A program made the translations under genes and the position numbers. From Octopus vulgaris (taxonomy: Eukaryota), in the NCBI GenBank assembly GCA_951406725.2, contig OX597831.1, positions 54,994,001 through 55,058,000 on the forward strand: a stretch of 64,000 nucleotides of DNA, read 5' to 3'. The notes below the pieces were generated by a model. The model searched no databases, was not told the DNA's origin, and worked only from the letters and a program-made list of their open reading frames with translations. Positions 32,740 through 46,402 of the stretch are shown in pieces (within the stretch, counting starts at the first letter, position 1; each line of letters starts with the position of its first letter).

Positions 32740-33709
32740 ACAGGATTTTGGGAATATTCACAAGATCCGAGTTTTTTCCCTCATAACTTTTAGGAAAACG
32801 GATATCTGTTGATGAAATTTTATATAAATACCTTTCAAACGGCATAGATTACGATTATAAAGAAATTTGTGGGGAAATTTTTTTTCGAGGGGGTGGGGCG
32901 AGGACTTTCGAAGAAAAAGAAATTCATAAATTATTTTTTTGCTAGAGTAAAATAGAAAAAAGATTGAAAAAAAAAAAATTTACATTCATTTATTTTTCGT
33001 TTGAGTAATATAAAAGGGTTTTTAAAAGATCCCAATGGTGGAGATGTGCAAAATAAAAAAAACCCAGCTAAATAGCCCCTAACTTTTTTTTCCATATTGA
33101 AACCTTATTCAACACCGTATTTGTGAATTTGTTTCGCTCATGTGTGTGTCAAACGAGCATTTGATAGATAAATTGAAGCATTTTGTAATCAACGGTATAC
33201 TTCAAAAAAAAGTCGGCTTTAAACGTCCGAGGATAGTAAAATGTTGGGACATTTTTTTTTTTTCAATGTATGATGTTTATACTTTTCCCAAGAACATTAA
33301 TTGCACAAGTTTAATTGAAAATATATATACGACGGAGAATCGAAGATGGTCTATATATGTGTGTATGTGTGTGTGTACCTACCTAAGGGTGTACCCACCG
33401 CTAATTTTTGTTTCCTAACTTCTAGAAAAATAGATATTTTTTAATGAAATTTTCTACAAATACATTTCAGTTGGTGTACATTCCGATTATATGGGAATTT
33501 GTAGTAAAAAAAAAATTTGTTTTCTTTTTTTTTTTTTTTTTGTGGGGAGAATAATTTCGGAAATTCACATGAATTGGTTTTGTTTCCCCGTAAGTTTCAG
33601 AAAAATCGATATTTTTTTTATGAAATTTGCTGCAAATATTTTTTAAATTATGATTATATAGGAAATTGATATAAAAAAAAAATTGGTGGACTCACACACA
33701 TACACACTG

Positions 33710-33758
<49 letters not shown>

Positions 33759-34075
33759 CAAAATGAAACTTGAAATTTCGAAAAAAATTGTGATATATGT
33801 CATTATGTAATGTGCGTGCTTACCATTTTTCTTTTCACATCAATATCAATATAATAGTAATTTACACACTCTGAAAGGTATTCGTAGAAAATTTCATTTA
33901 AAAATAACAATTTTTCTGAAAGTTATGAGGAAACAAAGCCGACTCACGTGAATTTTCTGAAACCCCTCTCCCAACTCCCCAGAAAAACTTTTCACAACAT
34001 CAGAAGCATATTTTTAGATTTCCTTTAAAAAATATCCATTTTGCTGGAAGTTATGAGGAAACAAAGTCGTGGGGC
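32740..34075. repeat. Foldback-like element with reiterated subterminal units in direct and inverted orientation
   Basis: cctcataacttt...gaaaa..gatat...tgaaatttt at ~32775, ~33410 and ~33585; inverted at ~33870-33940 and ~34025-34065. Confidence 0.55.
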
Positions 34076-34104
34076 ACAATTGTGTAGGTATGCCATATAT
34101 ATAA

Positions 34105-34154
34105 ATAGATAGATAGATAGATAGATATATAGATAGATAGATAGAAAGAATAGG

Positions 34155-34219
<65 letters not shown>

Positions 34220-34222
34220 GGG

Positions 34223-34317
<95 letters not shown>

Positions 34318-34378
34318 GTAGATATATAGATGGGTAGATATATAGATGGGTAGATAGATAGATAGATAGATAGAGATA
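34105..34378. repeat. (GATA)n microsatellite
   Basis: Seen directly. Confidence 0.97.
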
Positions 34379-34616
34379 AACACATACACACACCCCTGAG
34401 TTACTTTCTCCTTTTCACACTCACCGAGTTCTTACGTAATTCTCATGACACGAATCAATGGCCTAGACTGTGTTACTAAACAACAATAGCTTGACATTGG
34501 TAAATTATATAACTCGGAAATATAATCTACTTCCTTTGCTCCACACATATTCTGATGAGCCCGCCTGGGTTACATTTCTTTCAAACGTTATAATGAAGAC
34601 AAATATACACACATAC

Positions 34617-34690
<74 letters not shown>

Positions 34691-34857
34691 TGTGTGTGTG
34701 TGTGTGTTTACGACTTGAATTATAGATACGTGTGTATATAAATCCTCATTTTCACCTCTAAATGAGATAAAAAAATTTTTTTTTAAACAACAAAGAAAGA
34801 AAAATTAATAAACCACTGTGAAAGAAAATTTTCTATCCGCTCTTAATACCTACTTAC

Positions 34858-35055
34858 CTTGTTTTTTTCGATCACGGCGACACTTCCCTTGTCTAGGGAC
34901 CGCGAAAAGGTAGATGCTATGCTAGATCCAGCGGTGCCAGCGCCGACCACGACCAATTTATAAGATCGGTCTTGTGAAGCATATCTGAGGCACTGATGAA
35001 CGGTTTTCGGAAGGACATTAGTCCTTAATGTAACCGCTGAAATGTTAGAGAGCAT
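34858..35055 (-). CDS. SQOR: Sulfide:quinone oxidoreductase (mitochondrial), first coding exon, 66 codons
   Basis: Basic, S/T-rich mitochondrial presequence-like N-terminus followed by the FAD-binding motif YKLVVVGAGTAGSSIA...GSVAVIE, resembling the SQOR N-terminus; strong phase-0 donor AAG|GTAAGT at 34857. No downstream exons were found to confirm. Confidence 0.8.
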
Positions 35056-35300
35056 TGTACTGACTGAGCATTCGACTGACTGACTAGCGGCGCGTGTGTA
35101 TGCACATATAATGTATATTATACTACATACAATACATATATATATATATATATGTCAACAGGATGGTAAAACCCACCGGCTTTCTGGTTTCTCTTTACCA
35201 GGTCTGCTCGCTTGCTTACCTCGGACAGCAGGCGTTTAAAGAGTTGTTCGGTCGGTCAGTGAGCGCTGCTGTGTAACTTACGAACGACAATAAACTACGA
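35056..35300 (-). promoter_or_regulatory. Probable promoter/5' region of the SQOR-like gene
   Basis: Locally CpG-rich in a CpG-depleted window; four TCAGT initiator-like motifs within ~30 nt upstream of the ATG. Confidence 0.55.
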
Positions 35301-35653
35301 TGTCAGTAATTTGTTTGTTTTTGAAAAAAAAACTACAAACGCATGTGGCATGCTTTAACTTTTGCATTCATGCAGAATAAGGGAGTTTTACATGATAAAA
35401 ATAAATGAAAGAAAAATGGTATTTTGGTACAAGATATCGTATATATAGACAATTGCCTAATAATAAAGAGTGTTAATGAAATAATAAAAACGTTTATAAC
35501 ACACACATATGTATAGTATGTGTATGTTGTATACAATATATGTGTACGTAATGCTCTGCATAGACTCTCTCACGCTCTCTATTGTGTGTGTATACGCACA
35601 CACTCTCTCTCACACACACACACACACACACGTTATATCTATATCAGAATAAA

Positions 35654-37440
35654 CAGGGTGCGGACGGTATTTGTTAGCAATTTTCAACAGCTAATTTTAC
35701 GCATTTAAAAAAGAAAAATTTCGTTGTCGGTCTTTTTTCTTCTTAAAAACTATAAACATTTTTGCTTCATTTTTTTTTTGCAGAATAATTAACTATGGAA
35801 AATTTTGAAGCTCCCAATTTGTGGGAGAGGCATGGAGCCCTCCTTGGAATCTGCACCAGAAGGGACAAACAAGATTTCAGACTTCCTCAACATCAGCAGA
35901 AAGATGGTAGAAAAGGTCAGAAAGGAGCTGGAAGATTCAGGATTCGACTATGAGACAACAGCATAGAGGGAAGCCTATTATAATGGGAGGCAAGGTTCAC
36001 CATATCTGATGAATATCGCCTTCTCCCATTAAAATTGTTCTTTGTGTTGTTTCAGGCTCCAGCAGGCGAGGAAAGAAGTCTTAAGTAAAAATGCAATTCA
36101 CAACCAGTTTATTTACAAGTTACACAGAAAAGATGATGTGTGTTGCTCTTGGTATACCATCTCGAGCTGTGTGCATCTCGTTGTATCTCCGTTAACGCGG
36201 GCCCATTGCCTCTGAAGATATGACATGCAGACTAACCTGGAGACCCAGCCAGCGAAGTGTGTTCAGCAAACGCTTGTGGTGAAGAAGAGATAGAATCTGT
36301 TTTGTTGGGCCCTTATATCCAGTTTGCCATCGCGAGCCTTGTTGTGATCTCACGCATGGCAAATGGATGCAGGTGAGATCTCACTCCAGTCTTGGAGATG
36401 GCAATGGCTGCCGCGAGATCTCATCCAATATGGCACTGACTGCTTGTGCTGCTACACTATGATTGACAATCTGACACCATCAGAACGCCAAAATTCAGCA
36501 AAGAAATCCATCAACAATAATCCAAGCAAGTCGATATGTGCCATTGCTAGAGAGAAAGGTGTGGATGAAAAGTTCATCAGGCTGCTGGTGCTTGAGGACA
36601 TTCACCACTTTTCATACAAGATGAGCAAGGAACAATTTTTGTACTAGGAGATGCAGGAAAAAACGACTCAAGCACACCAAGAAGCTGATCAACAAGTTGA
36701 AACACCCACTGGAGCCAGACATGTTATGGTTCTCCTCTGGCATGAAGAATTTCTGCCAAGAACAGATCAACTCCCAGAACAACAGGTGGTTTACTGTCTC
36801 CCCCAAGAATGTGTCCAAAGTCATGCAGACGAAATTCCCATTGACAATCATGGTCTTCAGTGTCATCGGCAGTGAAGGTAACATCCTACCATTTCACTTC
36901 TTCCCTGAGAGCCTCAGGCTGAACACTGACAGCTACATCTGTATTCTGAGTGGGGTGGTGAAGCCCTGAATCAACCAGATAACTGCAGGGAAGCCATACA
37001 TGTGACAGCAAGACCCTGCGCCCTACCACACCAGCCAGAAAACCTAAGCCTGGCTGTCAGAGAATTTCTTTGATCACACAGCACCTGATATTTGGCCTCC
37101 CAACTTGCTTGACTGCAACCCCATCAGCTTCTTTGTGTGGGGCACAATGGAATGAGAGACCAACAAATCCAGCTGCAACACAAAGGATGAGCTGAGGGCC
37201 AAAACTACCAGAGCCTTCAGGAGACTAAAGCAGGAGATAGTGATGAATGCCTGTGGACGGATCCGAGGTCACCTGAAGGCTGACAACAGGGCCAAAGACA
37301 GGTTCATCAAATGAGATTAACAGAACATGTCATGATGATAAATTGACCCAAATTTGACAAATATTTCTCAAAAAAATTAAAATACTGTTTCATTTTTTCC
37401 TGAGACAGTCATCATGTGAACAGATACCATCTGCACCCTT
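35654..37440 (+). mobile_element. Full-span DD37D (maT-type) DNA transposon, decayed, with a solo LTR inserted
   Basis: TIRs cagggtgcggacggtatttgtt / aacagataccatctgcaccct; LWFSS.MKNF, IMVFSVI, QDPAPYH, then 37 residues to the third-D position after WPPNLLDCNPI. Confidence 0.9.
35979..36456 (-). mobile_element. Solo LTR (478 bp) with 4-bp TSD
   Basis: CTAT|TATAATGG...GCTACA|CTAT; the minus strand begins TGTAG and has a TATA-like gatataag followed by AATAAA. Confidence 0.7.
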
Positions 37441-38030
37441 ACATTGTCATTCATCACATTTGAATTTTGTCTTTGCTCTGTCCCAAACTTTGGTTGGAAT
37501 AAAACTTCAGGCTTCTTGATGCTAATAGTCAATTCAAATGCATGAGCTGTTGCAGCAAACCTGTCGACTATTTCTTGAATTCTTTCAAATGTATGAGAAA
37601 TCAGAGCACAACCATCAGCAAACAGAAAATCACACAGAATCTCTTCCTTGATTTTTTTCTTTGATCTGAAACTTTACCCTTCTAGGTTTAGTAGACTTTC
37701 TATGCAAAAAATAATATGGAAAAAGTACAGGAGCTAAAACACAGCTGTTTTTGGTTCCAGTGATAATAAAAAATGCCTCTGAACATTGACTACTAGACAT
37801 CACTGTTGCCAACAATCCCGCGTGCAAAGATATTGTTACTCTTATCATTTCATCAGGAAGACTAACTTTTGACAAAGGCCTTAGTCAAGTCAACAAAGAT
37901 CATGTACAAGTCAGAATTTTGCTTACATACTTTTTCTTGAACTTGCTGAAGGATAAAAATCATGTCAATTGTGCTTCTCCCAGCCCAAAATCTACACTGA
38001 GATTCAAGGTATAAGCCACCCAAAGGGGTC
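37441..38030 (-). pseudogene. RTE (BovB-like) LINE RT remnant
   Basis: ESQCRF.AGRSTIDMIFILQQVQEK...LYMIFVDLTKAF; LFADGCAL further on. Confidence 0.85.
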
Positions 38031-38039
38031 AGGTCACTT

Positions 38040-38620
38040 AAATATTTTAGAAGTACAATAAACTTTAAGATGAAATCATTGTTTGAATATCTTGGGCTAC
38101 AAGTGCTTTTGGAAAACTTTCCCATCATTTGTTTGATGAACATGGTGTCTGTCTGAAAACTAAAATAAGTGTATATGAATTTTATATTTTGAGCATGTTT
38201 TTGTATGAGGCAAAAGAATGAACTCCCTACTACAGATATATAAAGAAACTTGAAACCTTTCATATGTGCTATCTGTGCAATATCTGCAACATAAAATGGC
38301 AAGATAAGATATTAAATGTCAAAATCTTAGAAAAATGTGATACCTCCAGTATCAAAAGTATGCTGTTGAGAATTCAGTGCAGATGGGTTGGACATGTTTG
38401 AATGTAAGATGACCACTTTCCAAAAATTCTTTTGTATGGTTAACAAGCAGAGGGATACCACAGTAAAGGAAGACCTGTCCTTAGGTTTAAGGATAAGTTC
38501 AAGCAATCACTAAATTCTCTACAGCTTAATTTGACATTTCGGGAAAGTTATTGCCTAGATTGATCTGCAGGGCGTAAAATGTATCATGGAGTATCAAAAC
38601 AATTTGAGGTAAAAAAAAAC
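38040..38620 (+). pseudogene. RTE LINE C-terminal remnant in the opposite orientation
   Basis: Decayed RWVGHV..M.DDHFPKILLYG....G..S.GRP.LRFKD. Confidence 0.65.
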
Positions 38621-38839
38621 AGAACAATAAAAGAATTATATCCTGCAGTCAACAAATATATTTGTCTAATCCCAGGCAAAATCAAAATCATCAGTGCCCC
38701 CATTGTGACTTCATAACAAAATCCATACCTGGACTAAAATTACATTCACACATCCATTGCAAATAGGTGCATCTTTTTTCATTTTCTCTTCCTTCCTTTC
38801 AAACACCGACACATTGGAATAGATGGAAGTAACCATCAT

Positions 38840-39180
38840 ATAAAGGTGCTTCAAAGATACATTCAAAGCCTCACTGAAGCGCTTTCAGATCAACCCTGAC
38901 ACCTGGGAAATGCAAGCACAGGATTGCCCTGCTGCCTGTCATAACTGCAATAACAGCAGCACCACCTTCTATGAATAGAATAGGATTGCAGGAGCTCAAA
39001 GAAAACATGAGCTGTGCAAGTCCATAACCAACTCTTTGCCTTCATATCCAGCAGATCACCAGTGCCCAACTTGTGGCAGAACCTTCTGAGCACACATCAG
39101 CCTGATCGGCCACAACTGGATACACCATGACTCATCTTCCATGTGATGTCCTTGGTCATCGCCAAAAATGATGGACAAAC
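38840..39180 (+). pseudogene. RTE LINE 3' end with C2H2 finger
   Basis: RCFKDTFKASLK...QCPTCGRTF*AHISLIGH. Confidence 0.65.
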
Positions 39181-39231
<51 letters not shown>

Positions 39232-39517
39232 ACGTGTGTATGTGTGTGTGTGTACGTGTGTGTGTACACAAATACATACATACACACACATATCGAGAAT
39301 ATGCATGTAAAACATGTGAGTGGATTTGGTAGACGGAAACTGAAAGAAGCCCGTCGTATATATATATATATATACGTATATGTGTGTGCGTGCATGTATG
39401 ATTGTGTGTTTGTCCACCCCTACCATCACTTGACAACCAATACTGGTGTGTTTACATCCTCATAACTTAGCGGTTCAGCAAAAGAGTGTATATATATATA
39501 TACTATAGATAGACAGG

Positions 39518-39596
<79 letters not shown>

Positions 39597-39629
39597 GCAG
39601 GCAGGCAGGCAGATAGACAGATAGATATA

Positions 39630-39900
39630 CATGGAAACTGCTCCACCTTCACAGATGACTGCCATCTCTCTAAGCTTCCTCATTGTCAATGGCATTTCCA
39701 GCCTTCCATCTATGACCTCTCAGATGACTACTCAGTCCCACTGCAGATTTGCATGGTTTGAAGCACAGGTGAAAGATGTAAGTTGTAAATTCCAACTGAT
39801 ATGATTTCTGTGAAACATCATATGTCACTTCAGACTTGAAACCAACTTGCAAGTCTTTCTACACACAACACATGTTGAACTACCCAGTGTTGAAGGAAGG
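39630..39900 (-). pseudogene. RTE LINE 3' end with C2H2 finger
   Basis: LCFKPCKSAVGLSSHLRGH. Confidence 0.6.
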
Positions 39901-40029
39901 GTATTGCGTATAAAGCAGGGTGCAGTAAATAAATTGTCATCTGAATTACACAAAAATGAAAATAACACTGACATCTCATTTAAACAGATATACTTAGCAA
40001 AATTACATAAAAATATCTTGAAATACTAA

Positions 40030-40513
40030 AGAGTAAATTTATTCAATAAAATCATCATTTGCTTCAACCTCGGCATCCAGACGACTTCAGAATGTCCTGC
40101 AACTCTTCTGGATGGTCTCCTTGTTTAAGTTGGTGAATGCTGCCATAATCCTTGCTTTCAGTTCATCTTTGGTATTACAAAGAGTTTTGTTGATCTCTCA
40201 CACAACTGTGCCCTATACATAATAATCAAGGGGGTTGCAGTCTGAGAAGTTAAGTGGCCAGATGTTAGGGGCTGATGTGGTCACAGAAATTGTCTGACAG
40301 CTATGAGTGGATTCTCCTGCTTGTATGGCATGGTGCAGAGTCCTGTTGTCAGACATAGGGTCTTCCAGCAGCCACCCTCTTGACCCAGGGCAGTACCACT
40401 TCCTCCAAGCACTTGATGTAGGCTTCCATGTTGAGTTTGAGGCTGAGTGGAAAGATGAATGGAGGCATAACATTGCCATCGCTAGTGATCATTCCAAACA
40501 TTATGATGTTGAG
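40030..40513 (-). pseudogene. DD37D (maT-type) transposase remnant
   Basis: IMFGMITSDGNVMPPFIFP, IWPLNFSDCNPLDYYV. Confidence 0.85.
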
Positions 40514-42479
40514 TAGATGGTACTTTATTTTATTGACATCATAATGGTAAAAAACAAAGTTGATGTCAGTAGGATTTGAACTCAGTATGAAAGGATCCAT
40601 AAGAAATGTCACTATGCATTTTATCTGGCATGCTAATAATTCTATGAGCTTCCCCCATAGAATATAAGATAATGGAATGAAAGAAAATAAACCATATACC
40701 AGTGTACAAGATTCGGTACTCAAATTTGAGTTCTTTTTCCAAATACAGATTGTCTATCATTAATCTTTTCCATCACTAATTAGACACAAATTTCAGCTGA
40801 CCTAACTTTAATCTCAAATTATGTGGGTCACCTTACCAACCTGCAGCTAATGTTTGGTAGTGCTACCTACTGCATAAACATGTTGCCAGCATTACTTACA
40901 AATATCAGTTAGGTATTCCTTTTTGTTTTTTTTTTCCCCATTTATTATTATTATTATAATCCGTTCACCTTTAGCTTCAGGCATGGTTCCAATCACTAAA
41001 AGAAATGCTTCTCATTGTGTAAAGTGTGAACACCAGGTATTGTCCATTACAGATAAGGTGTAATTTTTGAAAAAAAACATGACAACAAAGTCTCTGTAAA
41101 AAGTCTTTGTAGTATATACAACAATGGGTATTCAACAGTTTATGACATAAGAAACAGAAAAAAATTACTCTTTCTTTTTTATCACACAGTAATTCAATGA
41201 AACAAATGTATAAATGATGAAACAATAACAGATAGAAAAAGTACGGAACTAGACTGAGTTCTGATGAAGTGGTTTAAGACACGTATAAATGAGCTAAGGA
41301 AAGATCAAGCCCAAAAATGTCATTAAGAATTAGGCTTAGATTTTGAATTTTAGGTAGAAGTGGATTTAGTAAATAACTGAAGTACAGAGATCAACCTACG
41401 TAAAAAGACATTAAACCTAGAAAATAGAAAATCATTTGGTACAATCCTCTGTACAGCACTTGTATAACTACAAACATAGCAAACAAGTTGCTGCCCCTGA
41501 CAAACAAAAGTTCTCCATGATAATTTAATTACTAAACAATCTTTAATAAAGAGTATAAGGAGTAACTTGGTTGCTTAGATAATATAACCTTCCAAATCTC
41601 CCACCATAACCAAAGCCTCAGAAATAATAAATTAAAGCAATAGTCAAAATGTAATTTTAGAAATGCATTAAACTACCAACTCAACGGAAAAATCCTATCA
41701 AAAGTGTTTATTTGCTAAACTACAGGGAAAATGGCAGAAGATGTTGAAATGGCATTGAATGAAGTAACAGAAAATACCTTAAAAATCTGATATACATAGA
41801 ATTCCTTCAAATCCATAAACAGAGTAACCATTGTTGTCAGAATACATCTGGAAGCAAAAAGAAAAGTATCAACAACAGAAATGTACCCTGTGTATCTCAG
41901 AGAAATATAATATATTGATAACAACATTTAACTTATGTTTAACACAAGAAATGAAACACTTATAACAAGCTCACAGAGGAAGGTATTTTTCTTAAATGCA
42001 TATAAAATACAATCAGGATGAAATGAGTCCAAATGTTTTGGACAACTCTGTGAGGCAACATGATAAGTACCAAGAGTTACTTCCATGTATGAAAACAGTA
42101 AATATGGAGTTACCTCCTTCTAGAAACATCCTGAACATAGAGTTATCTCCTATTAACTACATATGTAAGCATTGAAGAAAATCAATACCAACCCAAGATG
42201 ACCTGAAGTAACCAACAAAAATAATGTGTAAGCCATTGTGTTTGACTCCCAGTATAGTCAATTCTGTCAATGAAGTCTATTGACAAATTTGACGCCATAC
42301 AGGAAGATCTGGAAGATCATGTTGAGAAACAAATGGAATCACAGGCTTAGTGCATGTGTGTGTGTGTGTGTGTGCATATGTGTGTGTGTGTGTAATATCA
42401 GTTGCCTGAGGATCAGGAACATGAAACTAATAATTACTGGTGAAGTTTCTGTACTTCAAAATAAAAACTGAGAAGACAC

Positions 42480-42826
42480 ATTGAGCTGAGTAAAATTGCA
42501 GCCATCTATACATACAAGCATGTCCTTTGCAGGTGCCGGTGTCACATAAAATGCACTCATGCCAGTGCTATGTAACCACACCTGTGCTGGTGGTACATGA
42601 AAGGTACCCAGCACACTCTGTAAAGTTGTTTGGCAATAGGAAGGGTATCCAGCCATAGAAACCATGCCAAAACAGACAACTGGAGTCTGAACAGTCCCTG
42701 GCTCACCAGCTCCTGTCAAACCTTCCAACCCATGCCAGCATGGAAAACAAACGTTAAACGATGATGATGATGATGGTGGTGGTGGTGGTGGTGGTGGTGG
42801 TGGTGGTGATGATGATAATGATGATA

Positions 42827-42858
<32 letters not shown>

Positions 42859-42887
42859 GGTGATGATGATGATGATAATGATGATGA

Positions 42888-42921
<34 letters not shown>

Positions 42922-42935
42922 GGTGATGATGATGA
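42480..42935 (+). mobile_element. RTE-derived element with an expanded (GAT/GGT)n tail
   Basis: ccaacccatgccagcatggaaaacaaacgttaaacgatgatg... Confidence 0.7.
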
Positions 42936-43081
42936 AATGTAGTATGTGCATAAAATTGTTAAATATGCATGACATTTAAAATAAGTCATGGCTTCTTGGA
43001 TTACCAACTGCTATTCAAATAACTATATACTCATGGACAAATGTATTCATGTTTCTTTTGATCCTAGCTCCGCAGGTTTAA

Positions 43082-43137
<56 letters not shown>

Positions 43138-43749
43138 GCTTTAAGAGACATGTTTCTGTATAATTATTTGTTGGTTACTGAACTGTGAATTATTTGCTGA
43201 ACTGTGAAATAGGAGTGGTGCACCACATCTTAGTGCAGGTAAACTGAAATAAGATTCACTACTAGGGTAATAAGAGATTTTTAGCTCTGTGACCTTACAT
43301 CCTGAATCTTTAGGTCAATAGACTTATACCTATATTGTGTTTAACCATCCCTGTGCCAGCAGACCTATCGATCAATTGCTTTTCAGCTCTGATTGTTTGA
43401 CATTTTTTAAACTTATATAATATAATATAACTCTGACTACTACTTTATCCAATGTGTCCTTGTTAAAGGTTATAAAATGAGAGCAATTTGGCTGTTATTT
43501 CTAACAGGTTAAGTGACATAAAAAGGCATTTTAACTTCCCTGTTTTCTGCTGGACCTTTCCTTGCATAGCTCTTATGTTTGAGAATACAGGTGGAAGTGG
43601 TTCACAAATGGCTGTATATGTTGGTCATCTCTGTTGTTGCTTTATAGCTCTGAGTCAAACCTGAGCAAGCAACCATATGATCAGAGATATTCCAGCCATG
43701 GCCACCATGTCTTTTCGTACATCTTTGATTACTTTATCCTATATTTTCT

Positions 43750-43953
43750 CTTTTCTCTTTTATTTTTCACTTGTTTCAGTCATTGGACTGCAGTCACCTT
43801 GAAGAAGAACACCACCTTAAAGAAATTTTAGTTGAATGAATTTATCCCAATACTTACCTTTTTTTAAAGCTTGGTATTTATTTTACCAGTCTCTTTTACT
43901 GAACTGCTAAGTTACAGGGATGAAAACATATCAATGCCAGTTGTCAAGCAGTA

Positions 43954-43991
<38 letters not shown>

Positions 43992-44145
43992 TCAACTGGC
44001 TTCTTTCAGTTTTTGTCTACAAAATCTACTCACAGAGCTTTGGTCAGCCTGAGGTTATATTAGAAGACACTTGTCCAAGGTACCACACTGTGGGATTGAA
44101 TCTGGAACCATGTGGTTGTGAAGCAAACTTCTTACCATACAGCCA
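43750..44145 (-). mobile_element. SINE family A
   Basis: Reverse-complement match to 17452-17870. Confidence 0.75.
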
Positions 44146-45431
44146 AGGTGTAATTTGAGGCAGATATGACTGCTATTTTTTGCAGGCTGACTGACTGTGT
44201 AAAAGCTTCACCTATTGGACTCGCAACCTCCTAAGTTAAGTATGGAGATGTATGAAGTAAGGTGAACTCATATTCAACACATTTATTTCCATAAGGAACT
44301 CATGGTCTCTGTCATTGGTTCATGGTTTCAATATTGTTCCACTCAAATCACACTCTACCCTCTGAAAATGAGGACACATGTGATGATAATGTAGTTCTGT
44401 ATGCACACACACTGCCTAAGTAAAAAATAGGTTAGCTGCAGATGGAATGCCTTTGACCATGAGCTGAATAAAATCAATGAGACGAGCAAAAATACTTTGT
44501 GGTTTTTAACCTTCAAGCTAAGGTCAAATTGCCTTTTTCTTTTGAGAGCTTTAAAATGTGCACCAGATGAATTACCATCGTTAATATTAAAGGAAGAAAC
44601 CAAGAATAGCTGCAGTCTAATGACTGAAAATATAAAAGAGTGTAAAGAAAAAGACATCAAATGCATACATCAAATGCATCAGATGCATACCTTGTGCACA
44701 TAAAATTTATTTGCAAATTATAATATAGCTTACAATGTGTTGCTTACTATGCTTTTTAATTGAACTGAATTGAGCTTTGTGTTTGACTAAAAGAGGATTA
44801 GAGGCCTTAACAGATGACAGCTTGAAGTAAACTAGATCGATGTTTATGCCAAATGCATGAGTAAAATTTGCATATGACTAAATAAATGATTATCCAAATG
44901 CTAAGCATGATTATGAAAAAAGAAAGTGAACAAAATGAAATACTTATAGAAAATATTGCATAGAATTTCAGAAGTGTTTTCAACATCTTTCAATGATTGT
45001 AGGTGAATTAAAAGTACTATACTTCATTTTAGGATATAAATAATATGACAACTTGTTAATTGAGAAATTCGTAAGTTCGATTTTTAAAAAAATTTTATTC
45101 ATTTTTCTAAGTATCACCATTATAGGTATTTATACTTCAGTGAGATTAAGAAATCAACTCATAAATAAACGAAACCCTCGAATACATCACTGTATGCATG
45201 CGTGCACACACACACACATACACAGTTGCATATCTATGTGTGCATTTACTTATGTATGTACCCACATATGTCTACATGTATAGGTACACCATGATCTATA
45301 CACATGCAGATGAGGGTTGAATCAAATTATATATATATATATATATATATATAACATTACCGCTATGGGCTCTGTGTGAGCAATCATCTAAAAGTTTTTT
45401 GTGCATTTTGATGTTGACATAAGTTCCTTGC

Positions 45432-45514
45432 TTTTCCTGATGAGAAAGCAGCATAATGTACTCCTTATTCCTTTGCAATTAGGAATATGCAGCCTTCGAA
45501 ACATATGTCAAAAA
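45432..45514 (+). ncRNA. Type-I hammerhead motif with long stem II and palindromic stem III
   Basis: UUUUC-CUGAUGA-GAAAGCAGCAUA...UAUGCAGCCUUC-GAAA-CAUAUG-UC-AAAAA; the host element ~45352-45575 is bounded by (TA)n. Confidence 0.75.
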
Positions 45515-45571
45515 TAAAGGAATTTTGTTAATTCGTCGTTCAGCTCCATTCTTTCATATATTTATATTTTT

Positions 45572-45613
<42 letters not shown>

Positions 45614-45698
45614 TATATGTATATATATATGTATATATATTTTTTCCAAATCTGTGTAAATGTGTTATCATCATCATTATCATCATTACCGTTGTTTA

Positions 45699-45916
45699 AT
45701 GTTTTTTTATTATGGTATTTAAAAAAAAACATAAATTGTTTTACAATGTTGAAGTGTGTTTAAACATTGAAAAAATATTTAGTAACGTTCATAAAGTTCA
45801 ATTAGCGATTTCATAATATGAAAGCGCTGATTAAACTATATATTTTTTTAATGTTTAACACACTTCAACATTGTAAAAAAAATTTATTTTTCTTAAAATA
45901 CTATATTAAAAAACAT
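45699..45916. repeat. Long imperfect palindrome (~100-bp arms)
   Basis: ttacaatgttgaagtgtgtt...aacacacttcaacattgtaa; centre tttcataatatgaaa. Confidence 0.9.
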
Positions 45917-46065
45917 GAAAACCAGACCATGTTTTAACTTTAATTCAACTGATATGTGTGTGTGCATGTGTGTACTGTTCCATGATGGTAAAATCAACAA
46001 ATAAAGTACTCCATCTGGTGAGAGATAAATAGTATTTAATAGACATAATACATGTTTTTTTATGT

Positions 46066-46350
46066 GCTAGTAATAGATTCTTGTGCTGAGAACATGCCAA
46101 AACGATGCATACCCTGCATCCACATAAATTCTTTCACAAAAAATCTGCACAGTCAAAACATTTTGATTCACCCATCCACCAGTTTTGAAGATAAATACAC
46201 CAAATTTTGAGCCACTCATCCAATGAGTATTTTTGCTAAATTTGTTGAAAATCCATACAGTCGTTTTCCAGTAATTTTGCAAACACACAAATAAACAGAC
46301 GAGTGATAACAATACCCTGTTTTCACTTATGTGCACAGGGTAATAAAACT
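46066..46350 (-). mobile_element. Helentron/HINE (DINE-1-like) non-autonomous element
   Basis: Minus strand: tttattaccctgtg...acagggtattg short inverted repeat, then a gtctgtttatttgtgtgttt microsatellite-like tract. Confidence 0.45.
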
Positions 46351-46351
46351 G

Positions 46352-46402
<51 letters not shown>

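Noticed and set aside
34552-34590. CUGAUGA-GCCC..GGGU hammerhead-like start
   Set aside because: No GAAA after stem II and no stem I partner.
41246-41295. CUGAUGAA-GUG..CAC hammerhead-like motif
   Set aside because: GAAA is replaced by GUAU and there is no second copy in the window to support it.
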